Assembly (NCBI GenBank): GCA_951406725.2
Contig: OX597815.1
Span: forward strand, 84,010,001 to 84,074,000
Length of the DNA stretch: 64,000 nucleotides
From: Octopus vulgaris
Taxonomy: Eukaryota
Direction of reading: 5' to 3'
Below are positions 36,271 through 51,129 of the stretch, one piece after another. The notes beneath the pieces were generated by a model. It did not search any database and was not told the origin of the DNA. It saw only the letters and a list, made by a program, of their open reading frames with translations. A program made the translations under genes and the position numbers. Each line of letters begins with the position of its first letter. Position 1 is the first letter of the stretch.

Positions 36271-36932
36271 AACTTCGTTGATGGTTATTACTACATATCC
36301 TCGACCCCTAAACGATGAAAGTTGACACCAACTTTGAATTCAGAATGCCTGAAGCCATAACGAAATACCGTAGAGAATGTATGAATTCTTAAAGCAGAAT
36401 TCTGTAAGAATTCTGCAAATGGAGCACCCTAATATACACTAATAACAATAGTAATCACCTACTTAAATAACCGGTATGTTTATTCCCAGCGATATGGACT
36501 TTATCTTTCATACCTCCCGGGTGGCTTTCTATTGAATTCAGAAAATAGTTCCTATCCTAGTAATTAGAGGCGTTTTGGGTGAATAAAAGCGTAGAGCTAG
36601 AGATGTGATTGTTTGACTTATTAATTTACGTATATGTTCGATTTTAAAATCAATTTGACTTTAATCTTTCTGAAATCGATACAACGATGAGTGCTCATGA
36701 ATTAGTGGAAACAATATTCGCGGGTTTACGCACCCAACAAACTTGTGCTTTTGTAGTGCAGTGGGAAATTGAAATTATGCATTAATACATATGTATTTTA
36801 TTCGAGATATGTATTGAGAATACTTTAAAACGTAATGATTCTTTCAACGTATAGGTATATGTATCACACTAGGAGCCATATCGATATTTCTTTTTTCCTC
36901 TCTCTTTCTCTCTCTCTCTATTTACCTACCTA

Positions 36933-36995
<63 letters not shown>

Positions 36996-37129
36996 TCGCT
37001 CTATCTATGTTTCTCTCTCTCTCTCTAAATAGGTGTTTGAATATGTATATATCTATGTTTTATAAATGCACACACACGCACACACACACACACACGGATT
37101 CACGTATACATATATCATGTATGTATGTG

Positions 37130-37196
<67 letters not shown>

Positions 37197-37229
37197 ATAT
37201 ACATACAGAAAGAGGTGCGTGAATATGTA

Positions 37230-37348
<119 letters not shown>

Positions 37349-37362
37349 CATATATATATATA

Positions 37363-37649
37363 TGGCCTAGTGGTTAGGGCAGCGGACTCGCGGTCGCAGG
37401 ATCGCGGTTTCGATTCCCAGACCGGGCGTTGTGAGTGTTTATTGAGCGAAAACACCTAAAAGCTCCACGAGGCTCCGGCAGGGGGTGGTGATCCCTGCTG
37501 TACTCTTTCACCACTCTTTCTCCCACTCTTTCTTCTGTCGGCCTGCTCGCTTAGCCAGCGGGGTGGCGTCATTCGAAGGCTAAAACAATGCGAACGCATT
37601 GTGACCAGCGATGTGTAACTACATCTGATGGTCTGGTCGGTCACGTGAT

Positions 37650-37655
<6 letters not shown>
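37363..37655 (+). mobile_element. SINE family C, inserted in (TA)n
   Basis: near-identical to 26514-26818. Confidence 0.88.
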
Positions 37656-37693
<38 letters not shown>

Positions 37694-38472
37694 TTTATTG
37701 TATGTATGTATGTATGTATGTATGTATGTATGTATACATGTATGTATGTATGTTTTATTGTATGTATGTATGTATGTATGTATGTATGTATGTATACATG
37801 TATGTATGTATGTGTGTGTGTATGAATGTGGGTATGGATGTGTTTTTCTGTGTTATTCTGAAGAACTAAATAAACATATTTATATTGGTACACGGGGGAG
37901 TGCGCGTGTGTCTAGGTGGTGCGGATCTTTTCACCCATATAGATATATATATACTATCAGTATTTTAGTATTTATATAGGTATATAGGTAGCTACGTATA
38001 TATCGTAGTAGGTTTGTATGTTTCCAGAGTGACACAATCTATTTATAGATTTTTCTGCAATGCAGTTTTCTGTTTCACATAATGCTGCATCTTGTTCTTA
38101 GCTTACCATTTGCAAGAATATAGCCCTGCTATACCGAACACACGAGCACAAATATTTTATGCAGTTTCACACCCACAATTCACCTGACAAAATATCCGCA
38201 ATATGTAGCGCAATATATATCAATGATATATGTGAGTAAGCCAGCTTATGAGCGACTCTGTAATGTGAAATCATTCATGAATTAGTGAGAGTTTTTAGTT
38301 AGAGGGTATATGTGCGCGTATACATATATATATATACATTTATATATACACAGACTTCAACGTAAATATATAGATAGATAGATACATACATACATAAGCA
38401 GATAGACAGACAGAGACAGGTAGCTAGAGAGAGAGATGGACAAATAGATAGTTGGATAGATAGATAGGTAGG

Positions 38473-38517
<45 letters not shown>

Positions 38518-38518
38518 T

Positions 38519-38604
<86 letters not shown>

Positions 38605-38763
38605 CTGTCAGATTGATTGATTGATTGACTAACTGACGGGTTGATTCATTACTAGAAAAATAAATGTTACGGTAGAAATATAGATACGGAAATGAATTTG
38701 CACAGACACATGCACACATACACACACTATATATATAATTGTGTGTGTGTATGTGTGTGTGTA

Positions 38764-38814
<51 letters not shown>

Positions 38815-38841
38815 ATATATATACATATATAAATATATTTA

Positions 38842-38880
<39 letters not shown>

Positions 38881-38896
38881 AAAGTCAAAGTGCGAT

Positions 38897-38959
<63 letters not shown>

Positions 38960-38968
38960 GTATATATA

Positions 38969-39266
38969 CTAGCAGTATCGCCCGGCGTTGCTCGGGTTTG
39001 TAAGGAAAATAACTATATAAGCATTTTTAGAGAGTTACTTCCCTTATATATGCCAAAAATGCATTAAAAATGGGAAAAATTGAAGGTAATTTTTTTTTTA
39101 ATCGTAGACTCATCGTAGACGCGCACTAATACCCAGAAGGGCTCGATATGAATCACGACTATAAGATACCCGGTTTTGGGTAAACTGCACCGCAAAATGT
39201 GGGAGTAGTTAGGAATCTAAATCGTAGGAGACAGACAGCACACAACCTCACTTTTATATATAAAGA
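38969..39266 (-). mobile_element. non-autonomous Helitron
   Basis: Minus strand: A|TCTTTATATATAAAAGTG ... CCCGAGCAACGCCGGGCGATACTGCTAG|T. Confidence 0.88.
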
Positions 39267-39675
39267 TATGTGTGACAGGCTTTTTTCAGTTTCCACTCAC
39301 AAGGATTTGGTCGGCTCGAAGCAATAGCAGAAGACACTTGACTAAGGTGATAGGCAGTAGGAGTGGATACGAAACCATGTGGCTGGTAAACAAACTACTT
39401 GCCACACAGGCTTCGTTTAGTTTCCAATAACAAAATCTAGTATAACTGAACTCGGAACCCCGTCGTTGGGAAACACGCCCGCCCACGATTAGTGAAATAT
39501 TTGCGTCCCTGAGTGTGGCATTTATTTTTACAGTATTTTTATATTACACATGCACATACACATACACACGCACACACACACACCTCATATCCACACCCGC
39601 ATATATATATTTGTGTATGCATGTCTGTGCAAGCATGAAAGCCTATAGGGATATGCATATATATAATCTCTCTCT

Positions 39676-39767
<92 letters not shown>

Positions 39768-39804
39768 TTATGTATGTATGTATGTATGTATGTATGTATG
39801 TATG

Positions 39805-40005
39805 TACGTATGGATGCATTTATGTACATGAGCATATTGGTATATTAGCATATATGTGGTCTTGTTATCTAATAATTGCCACACACCCCACCCGACGCGT
39901 TATGGGCATCTGACGTTATGTACATATACTCAATGTGACGTGTCCCAACGTGTCCTTCTCCAGCGACAACCCCTCGGAGCGTCTATAAGAATATGATTCT
40001 CTGCT

Positions 40006-40099
<94 letters not shown>

Positions 40100-40463
40100 C
40101 TGTGTGTGTTTCGAGGGATATGGTGAGAGAGAGAAAGAAAGAATGTGAGGGAAAGACTAATACTGCAAATAATTTGAAATAATATAGAACACTCAATACA
40201 CAAATCTAATGTCATTATATATTTATTCAAACGATGGATTAATCATCGATCTGATACTATTAGAGTCTATATATAGTTTTTCTAATCTGATTGATTGATA
40301 ATCTCTCTCCCCCTTCTCTAATACTCACATTTTATATATTTGTTTGTGTTCGTGTGCGTGTGTTTGAGTGCCCATACACACACATAAATATAGGTACAAA
40401 CATAAACTTGTCTCCTCCAAACTCTCTGTATGTACATACATTTATAGATGTATATATATATAT

Positions 40464-40494
<31 letters not shown>

Positions 40495-40594
40495 CATTTA
40501 TATATATATATATATACATGTATATGTATGGATATATTTATATATATATACGTATATACATATATATGCATATGTATGTATTTATATATATGTG

Positions 40595-40656
<62 letters not shown>

Positions 40657-40860
40657 TGTACGTATGGATGCATTTATGTACATGAGCATATTGGTATATT
40701 AGCATATATGTGGTCTTGTTATCTAATAATTGCCACACCCCACCCGACACGTTACGGGCATCTGACGTTATGTACATATACTCAATGTGACGTGTCCCAA
40801 TGTGTCCTTCTCCAGCGACAACCCCTCGGAGCGTCTATAAGAATATGATTCTGTGCTATA
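39805..40860. repeat. direct duplication of a ~200-bp unique segment (39805-40008 / 40659-40860)
   Basis: TACGTATGGATGCATTTATG...CCCCTCGGAGCGTCTATAAGAATATGATTCT occurs twice with few differences, each preceded by (TA)n(TATG)n. Confidence 0.92.
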
Positions 40861-41029
40861 TAATCCTGTTGTAAGAAGCTTTAGATTCTTTCATATTTTT
40901 GTACATATACGGATATGTATATGTATATGTAGATATATATATATATGTGTGTGTATGTGTGTGTGTATGTATATTGTATGTTTGTATGTGTGTATATGTA
41001 TGAATGTATATATGTATATATATAGGGAG

Positions 41030-41340
41030 ACGCCCTTCGGTCATAAATGACCATGGGATTGCACCTAAGAAGTTACCCTCCGAGGTACAAGTCCGGGCAA
41101 GGTTGTTTATGGAAGGTCAGCAGTCGCCCGTGCATACCAGCCGCTCTTCTCCACACCAGTGATGTTATCCAAGGTAAAGGCGAAGACGGAAATAGCTTGG
41201 CACCAGTGATGTCGCAAATCATTTCTACAGCTGAGTGAACTGGAGAAACGTGAAATAAAGTGTCTTGCTCAAGAACACAACACGCAGCCCGGGCCGAGAA
41301 TCGAACTCACAACCTCACGATCGTAACCACTGAGCCATGC
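41030..41340 (-). mobile_element. SINE family D
   Basis: reverse complement of 6172-6505. Confidence 0.82.
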
Positions 41341-41345
41341 TCTTT

Positions 41346-41402
<57 letters not shown>

Positions 41403-41954
41403 ATGTATATATACATGTATGTATCTATGTATATATACATGCACATATGTTATATGTGTACGTGTACATATACACACAGATACACACCTTTACTCCACTC
41501 TACTGCTCAAATTCATGGCAATGGCCAATCTGTATTACATTTTTTAAATTCAAATATTCTTTTAGCCATGCAAATATTTTATGGTACTATTGTCCTCTAT
41601 CCAATTGCACATGTTTAAGCCTTATGTCTGTTGGAGTCAAATTAGATGAACAGTTCTGATTTCATCGCCTATTAGAGCAGAGATCCATGTCAACATGTTT
41701 TCGATTGATTCTATAAAATAATATTCTCTCCATGAATGGTGTGTGAGTTTTGGAGAATATTTCATTTGCGATATCTCATTCGGATGATTTTGTGGCAAAT
41801 GCCACTTTCTTCGCAAGTATATATGATTTAATAAATTTAGGATTTATCTTGTACGGTGCGTAGTATTCGCGTTTGAAATTCATGCCACATACCACACTGT
41901 GTTATCAACACAAACACACACACACAGAAACACACGCACATATTTATATTATAT

Positions 41955-42228
41955 TCTTTTATTCTTTTACCTGTTTCAGTCATTTGACTTTGGCCATGCC
42001 GGAATACCACCTTAAAAGGTTTTAGTCGAAGAAATCGAACCCAGGACTTATTCTTTGTAAGCCTTGCCGAACCGTTAAGTTACGGAGGCGGAGACAAACT
42101 CGCGAGCTTCGGTTGTGAAGCTATGGCTTGGGAACAAACACAGTCACACAAACGCACATATATATATTTATTTATAAATACGACAGGCTTCTTTCAGTTT
42201 ACGTTTACCAAATCCGCTCACAAGGCTT
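41955..42228 (-). mobile_element. SINE family B, 3' part
   Basis: TTTCAGTCATTTGACT...GACAGGCTTCTTTCAGTTT...CCAAATCC. Confidence 0.75.
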
Positions 42229-43313
42229 ATATAGATATATACATACGTATATGTATATACGTGTCCGGGATACTGCATTAAATTGCAAACGGTGATGAGG
42301 ATCCTGTTCTTGAGTTCGGGACTTGTGAATAGTATGTTGTCATCCCTTAATCATTTTTATTCAAAGGTGCATTCGAACCCGGAACGCTAATGCCTCTGAG
42401 GATCCCATGTATGGGTTAGATAGTTTTGTTACGGGTAGGGGGGTCTCCTTTTATATCTGATATAACAGTAGAGAAGACAGCTCTTCCAGGTGAAAGATGC
42501 TCTAACGTAAAATTTGCAATCAAAATAATACCCGTTATCTTACTATGTCTGTGAATGGAATCAAATATGGCGGTTGAGGAAGTGGCAAAAGTGTTGTACA
42601 AGCTTTTGTCACTTAAACTTAATGAGTACACATGACTCAATATCATTCAATCTGAGACGGCTCTCATCTGACAAGTTGAGGCAATCATTATGTATGACTC
42701 TATATCCAAACCCATCCTGCATGCATTACAAAATTCCTGTAGAATAGGACATTTATCGCCTGTTGGCTTATTCAAACACAATGTGTGAGTTTATCCGAAA
42801 CTGTTTGTGTGTGTGCAATTGTATGTATGGCACTGGCTATATTTTCCTATGTGATGCAATGGACTTTTGGTTAGTTTTCTGATAATTGTGTCGGAATCAG
42901 GATTGAGTTCTTGAGTCTCACTCTCAGAATATGTCTTTGAACTTGATAAATCCTATTATACTCTGCGAATCGACTGAGATATAAATGAGAATTGAAAATA
43001 GTGGAGCTTAATGTTGCAACAGATTAGTGTCCCATCCAAGCTAAAGTTTTATACCTTCATTCACTTAACCCCTGAGTAAAATTCTATAAACCCGGGCCAA
43101 ATGAACCTGAAGGTGCAAGAGAAATGTTAAGTTTACCAAAAGTTTTCTAGGATATATTAAAAGAAGAGAAATATTATTTACTATTTTTTTTTATCTCACA
43201 TCAATAATTCTATATGTATCTACACTCAAGCGAGGGGACGACATGTTTGTTGGTAGAAGTGGATAAATACATTTTATGTTACCAGCAAAATTGATGCGCT
43301 TCTGCGCGTGCAT

Positions 43314-43344
<31 letters not shown>

Positions 43345-43357
43345 CATACATACATAA

Positions 43358-43430
<73 letters not shown>

Positions 43431-43983
43431 GTTGTTATCGTATTCCCCGTTAAGACCTGATACTGAAGTCATTATGTTATTTTATATGCCAACGACTATA
43501 TTATACAACGCATCGTTACAAGTTATCAGTTTTCAAGTTATCGTGTTTCAAGTTTCAAGTTATCGTTTTGTAGGTTGATGCACTTTGCATGATATATTTA
43601 GCAGATCGACACATTTAGGCTGAGGCTGAAATGTTTGCTTGTAACTTCGGAGTTGATGTCATTGGATGTAAGGGATCTGCGTTCCATTTTACATACCAGG
43701 AGGTACAGGATCCCTTACAAGCAGAATGAAACATGACACCATTCGGAATTGAACCTCATTTTGAATTGCCAGAGCTCCCGGGGTTTATCTACAGGTTATA
43801 TTTATACAGCAGGAATAAATATGATTATCAAAAGCATTGTACATTAATATGTACGCACATATGCTTGTACATACACACAATTGCACACACACACACAGGC
43901 ACACACACACAGGCACACACACATATATAAACACACACACACACATATATATATGTATATATATATATGTGTGTGTATATATA

Positions 43984-44028
<45 letters not shown>

Positions 44029-44637
44029 ATACATACAAACACACACACACACGCACAAGCACACACAAACACACACACATATATAACAAAATTGTTAATT
44101 TTCGTATTACAATCCAGACGTCATACACTTATTATTTGAAAACTCTCCATCCCTTTGCAATACGTTTCCCATACGGATTTATTCATAACATTGCCAAATT
44201 CATATATATTTGCATACATACATACGCGTGTGCCTATGTACGTGCATGTACATGCACATCTATACGCCTAATTCATATAAGCTTTCTCATATATGTGTGT
44301 GTTTGATGGCATGCACAAGGTATCTTTCTTCTTTTTACTCTATTTCTTTCTTTATTTATTTATGTATTTTCTTATTGGACGATATAACGGACAAACTATT
44401 TGAATTATCGACGTCACATTATTAATATTTTAAAATTTGATTTAGAATACTCTAGGGGGAAATATCGTTATCAGTAGCTATATAAGCACACAGATCTTTG
44501 ACTTGTAACTGAATTTGATAACTGCCTTCGCACGAAGAATTTTGACCTTGAGTGACTCGGTTATTTCTGTTAAATATTATTAAAAATATACATATGCGCA
44601 TATTTTGTGTTCTATTTTTCTTGTTTGCATCAACATA

Positions 44638-44701
<64 letters not shown>

Positions 44702-44710
44702 GACACCTAT

Positions 44711-44745
<35 letters not shown>

Positions 44746-44801
44746 ATAGGCATGAGGGACATACTGGATTGCCTCGTAGTTATATGCTTAATCTTTGCGT
44801 A

Positions 44802-44871
44802 CCTGTTAATGAAAGCTCCGCCTAGCAAATTATTTTATTTGCTAATATAGAGCTAGAAACCATTGTCCAGG
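44802..44871 (+). ncRNA. degenerate type-I hammerhead ribozyme with extended stem II
   Basis: CCTG-TTAATGA-AAGCTC..TAGCAAAT/ATTTGCTA..GAGCTA-GAAA-C(CATT)G-TC-CAGG. Confidence 0.55.
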
Positions 44872-45003
44872 AGATAGATGGTAAATGTTTTTATTTTTCA
44901 TTCCCTTCGAAATTTCTCCCAAATGATGGTTTGGATTTTGACTGTTCCTTCTAGCATGCTAGGTGTCCTATGTGTTTAAATGTACACTGTATTTATATAC
45001 ATG

Positions 45004-45049
<46 letters not shown>

Positions 45050-45054
45050 CAGAC

Positions 45055-45112
<58 letters not shown>

Positions 45113-45245
45113 ACAGACAGACCGACAGACAGACAGACAGATAGACAGACAGATAGACAGACAGATAGATATATACATATATACATAAATGCATGCAAAC
45201 ATGCATACTCGCATATATACATATATACATACAAACATACATATA

Positions 45246-45279
<34 letters not shown>

Positions 45280-45364
45280 CATACTTACATACATACATAA
45301 ATACATACAAAAACGAGATGAAAAAGCCTTGACCTGGTTACAACTCTCTCACATGATGTAGAGC

Positions 45365-46790
45365 TTCAATTTGGTCATAAGAACATTTGCTATATAGTTT
45401 TAAAAAAAAAAGGAAAACTGTAAACTAGACAAGATACATCTCCACCAACGACTTGTCTATTTCCCCTTATCTGATGAGGATTGTTACAGGTATCTAGGGT
45501 TGGATGAAACTATCTTACAATACCACCTGTAAAAAAACACGCGTCACTAAAGAATTTTACAGTCGAATAGAGCAAGTTTGGACCTCGGAACTCTCTGAAT
45601 TCAATAAAACAGTCGCCCACGATGCGTTGCAGTGCCAGTTCACATATGAAGATTTGGGCTGTTTGATTGGACGCTTAATGAGATCCGAGCCATTGATGTA
45701 AAAACCTGGAAGATACTAAGACGTACACATATTTTTCCCATCGGTAGTGACGTAGACCACCCTTACCTAAAAGGAAAACTAGGTGGCAGAGGATTAACAT
45801 CGATTCAAACTGCTTTTGAATGTTGTATCATATCCTTTCGGCAACATATTTTAACTACCAAGTGTTGAAGTGCATCCTTTGACCAAGTTTGCATACATGA
45901 GGCTGAAAACATCATAATACTTGGAAGGCAGTTAGTTGAACAGAGTTCCTTGTCTGATAACCTTAACTACATGTCCAAAGAATTCGCACGACTCTACAGC
46001 AACATATCATCAGGTGAAAAAATGAAGGGCATGAGCAAAAGACTGCGCAGGGATATGTTAGTAGAATGCTCAGAGATGTTACTAACATTTTTCATCAAAG
46101 CAGTCTATCACGGACCAACAACCGGATTACTACCTCCAACTTTGTAGGGTATGCGTTTGCACTCCAAGAACAGGAAATATCATCCAAGTACCTGATGCAC
46201 GAAAGGGATAGAAGTTCAGAAAAAGCAGTAAAATGTGACAACTGATGCAAACATTGTGGAGTTAGCACCAAAGATATCATCCACATCATACGCAGATTAT
46301 CTAGCGATGAGACATGATGTTACGGCTAGGACACCATATAATGATATCTGTAAGCACAACAGACCTGATATAATGATTTGGGACAGAGAAGAGAAACTGC
46401 GTAGTTGGTGAAATCAGCTGCTCAGCGGATGTTGACAAAAAGCTGAGGATCCGTGAAAGAGATGACACCTACTTTGGACTATCGAGAAATCTACTGTTAC
46501 TCTACCCAGATTACAAGTTCAGATTTATTCCTGTAAGTATTGGAGTATTGGGATATGTAACACTCTATCTAAGTACAAATCTTGAGAAGTTAGACTTCTC
46601 AAAACCAGAATGGAGAAAGCTGATTCGAAGACTACAGATTTAATCCAACATTGGAACTGTAAAGATCTGTAAAACTTTCTAGAAGTTTATCATTTAAATA
46701 TATGTGAACATGTCTAGATATATGCATGAGAACTATATGCATGAGAATAAAAGAAAACATATAAATCTGCACATATACATACAAACATAC
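45365..46790 (+). mobile_element. degenerate RLE-type (R4/Dong-like) LINE, second family, in (TACA)n
   Basis: YRYLG, EFYSRIEQVWTSELSEFNK, LYLKGKLGGRGL, FALQEQEISSKYL, KHNRPDIMIWDREEK; homologous to 59340-61000. Confidence 0.85.
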
Positions 46791-48785
46791 ATACATACAT
46801 ACATACATACATACATACATACATACATACATACATACATACTTACATACAAAAATACCATGTTGTTGATGTTGAAATTCCAATGAAGGAGCCTTGCATC
46901 TCGATTAGAAACCGGCTCTTTCTCTATTAGCAAGAAATATTGAAATAAAATTGAATGATTACATGCATACATGCATACATACATACATACATACATACAT
47001 ACATACATACATACATACATACATACATACATACATACATACATGCATGCATACATATAAAAATATCTTGTTGATGTTTTGAATATTCCAATGAATGAGT
47101 CTTGAATGTTGATTAGAACCCGGCACTTTATCTATTAACATGAAATCTTGACATAAAATTAAATAATATATACATATATGCATACATAACCTGGCAGACA
47201 AGACACGTTACCAAATAGTTTGGCTTTATTAAATCGTTCTACACACAAGTCAATTACTCCACGCATGTTAACAATAACCATCATATCTCTGGATTTACTA
47301 TTTTTTCAGCAGAGTTGGAAATGTTTTTTACATGAATAAGGAACGTAGAAAATGTAACTGATATTTTAATGTTGTATATGACATACACGCGTTTCCACAA
47401 ACTGATTGTCGTTATTACGCATGTTGTTTGGCTTTAGTACACAAACCGATTTGAACTATTTCTACGTTAGTATCACCAAAAATGCAATATGATGTCTACT
47501 GCATATTCTTATATCTCTCCATGATGCGTATTATGGGTTAGTTAGTATAGCAGAATAGGGAGTGATACAGTGTCGGATGATAGGGTGGTTTTAAAAGAGG
47601 AAGTATCCGTTCGGGAAAATATATTTCCATTGATGGTTTGTAGTAAGACATGTTTGGACATAATATTGATAGACATAATACTGTGTAGAGTTTGATTGAG
47701 AAGAAATATTTATGTGAATTTGTAGTTAAACCAAAAAGTCTCCTCGATTTTACCGTTCTGTAACAATAGGTAGTCAGCTCCATTGTTGCCCTGATTCGAT
47801 CACATACATATATACATGCATACAAAGATGTATACACGCGTATATACAAACATAGAACCATAGATACATGTACAATTACAAACGTACATACGGGCACATA
47901 TACATATTGCTATTTGGTCTAACCGTGCTGACGAATAGTAGTCCCACAGAATGGAACCAAATTGAATAAGAACTCCGAATACAGAGTCCGGAGCAAAGCA
48001 ATCGAAGGGACAATTTAACAACAAGGTAAATATGTGTGCGTGTGTATGTTTATATGTATGTGTGTGTATGTTGTGTGTGCTTGTGTGTGTGTGTGTGTGT
48101 GTGTGTGCATGTGTACGCGTGTAAGTGTGTGGAAGTATCTACATGCATGTGTATGTATTTATTAATGTCTATTTACATACGAGTACGTGTAATGCATCTT
48201 CACTCTTCTGTTTAATGTAACAAACCATGTCTGCTGTTTGAAGTTTTAGTGTCTCAAGAATTTGAGGACACCAATCATTACCCTTAAAGTACATTATCCC
48301 CCTTTTCGTACCGCATAGAGAATAAAAGGAAGATACAGAACCGTGATTATGATTACTAATGCAACAAGATAAAGATATATATACATGTATGTATGTATAT
48401 ATATATATGTATGTATGCATGTATGTATGTATGTATGTATGTATGTATGTATGTATGTATACATGTATATATACTTGGCCATTTGTCGTAACTTAATAAT
48501 GGTCATTATTTATTTATTCCTTGCGTGCATATTACTAATGCGAAAAATAGAGCCATGTTTTACCAAATTTATTCCTGATCAAAGTCTTCTTCATGGTTTA
48601 GAGCTAATCAAATAATTTACTGCGTTGATAACGTTGCACATAAATTTGTTATAGAGCTCCAAATATCAGAACGCTTAGAATTAATAGATTCTACCCAGGA
48701 ATTAAGAAAACTGTAGAAATACAGCTTAGAACACTAAAGTCAAGCACGCGCACACAAGACGCATACAAACAGATAAACACACAAA

Positions 48786-48831
<46 letters not shown>

Positions 48832-49048
48832 TCTTGTGTGTATATATGTGTGTGTGTGAGAGACAAAGTATATATTATCTGTGTGTATTTGTATGTGTCA
48901 TTATGTATGTGTATTGGTGAACATATTTTAAGAATTACCTATTCTATACCCATACATTTAATTGCTGCAACATTTCACGTAACCATGTGAATATGCATAT
49001 ACATACGCATGGAATCTAGCGCACATGTAGTATATTCATAGCTATGTA

Positions 49049-49105
<57 letters not shown>

Positions 49106-49138
49106 ATACATATATATGTCGCTATATATATATGTGTA

Positions 49139-49173
<35 letters not shown>

Positions 49174-49249
49174 GCATATATATATATACATACATATATA
49201 TATATACGAATACATAGATAGATAGATAGATCGATAGATAGATAGATAT

Positions 49250-49286
<37 letters not shown>

Positions 49287-49287
49287 C

Positions 49288-49354
<67 letters not shown>

Positions 49355-49576
49355 CAGATAGATAAATTAAGAAATGGAGTTAAACGCAGGTGTTATTCAA
49401 ATTTTTATACTTTCCACATATTTTTCGAAGAAAACCTTGATATTACTCCGGAGGGAATAAAATGATGTAAAACAAAGCAAATATCTCGTCAGGGGAAAAA
49501 AACACATCAATAAGCCATTTTGATATATATATGTATGTATGTATGTATACACACACACACACATATATGTATGTAG

Positions 49577-49628
<52 letters not shown>

Positions 49629-49706
49629 TTATATATATAACTATACTTATACATATATACATACACTTATGTATATATGTATATATATATAAGTGTGTGT
49701 GTTATT

Positions 49707-49739
<33 letters not shown>

Positions 49740-50242
49740 TCTCTCTCTCTCTCTCTCCCTATATATATATATATATATACACACACGTACATATACAAAT
49801 ACACGACCGAACCATGACTGTGTTTTATTACTTAGTTCGTTTTTTTTTGTATACACTAATCAACAGATGAACTTTAGATTTGCAAAGAAAAAAAATACTG
49901 TTGCATTTTTAGCATGCCGTCCTTATATTATGCATTAAATATCATCTAAAACTAAATATCTAATATAGTTTCATCAAATAATATGCATATTAAAATTAGT
50001 TGTTTTCATTTATTCTAGGTGGAGTCTTGGTACCTGCGATTTAATCAAATACTATTCCTTCAAATATCCCAAGGAGAATTTCATTTTTAATGTTTATGTC
50101 AATTTATTTTCTGCTGTTGAGATTTTGATAATGTCTTTGATCTTTGAAATTATCTTTAGCTGAATTTCATACACAGCAAATTATCAATTAGTTGAGAGAC
50201 ACACTCATACATGTACACATACATACATACATACATACATAC

Positions 50243-50320
<78 letters not shown>

Positions 50321-50339
50321 ATATATATATTTATATATA

Positions 50340-50389
<50 letters not shown>

Positions 50390-50390
<1 letters not shown>

Positions 50391-51064
50391 TAGCAGTATC
50401 GCCCGGCATTGCTCGGATTTGTTTGTTTTTTTTGCTGCGCTTAAAACGGCAAATTTTGATGTCGCGTTAACAAAGTTTTGACATAGTTTCAATCTATGAA
50501 TAAAAGTATAGTGTGGTGATGCTCGAGTTTGCTCTGATTTGCTGTACTGCAAATGTGTAATGCCGACTTCAAGTGTTGGTATTCTTGGTTAATATTACTT
50601 CTATTAACATTATGGAGAAAAAAATTACCCGTAGATTTAAAGCAAAATGAAGCTCAAGTTTTGAACTGCACTGAAAATTCATTAAGAAGTTAACACTGCA
50701 ACAGTATTCATTAAGAAAATGTACAGGAAAATCCAAAACGTTAGTAGGAACAGTTTGTGGTTACAAAAAAAAAACTTTAATGTTATTTTGAAGCCAAACG
50801 GGTGGGCAACATCAATTGTGGTTGTACCTGTAAAATGAATAAAATAGACTATTTTACATCACTTATAACTAAAAAAATTCTGAAAAATCAAAACATACCC
50901 ATTGAAGGTTTGACTTGAACATCGTAGATAGTAACAACATGCAGATCGCACTTTTTCTGGTTGTAATACACCGAAAAATGGCGACACAGCAGTCAAAAAA
51001 TCGTTAAAAAATAGGGCTTTTCATAGAAAATAAGCACCTTTATGATGTAAATAATTTTTGGTCG

Positions 51065-51065
<1 letters not shown>
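50390..51065 (-). mobile_element. Helitron 3' portion
   Basis: CTAGCAGTATCGCCCGGCATTGCTCGG is the same 3' hairpin/CTAG end as 11739 and 38969; 5' limit uncertain. Confidence 0.72.
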
Positions 51066-51115
<50 letters not shown>

Positions 51116-51129
51116 TAGTAGTAGTAGTA

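Noticed and set aside
46878-46925. ATGAAGG...GAAACCGG read as a hammerhead
   Set aside because: No valid core or UH site; better explained as a simple stem-loop (GAAGGAGCC/GGCTCTTTC)
47945-48030. Exon-like segment CACAG|...AAG|GTAAAT on the plus strand
   Set aside because: Stop codons in all three frames; at most a non-coding exon, unsupported
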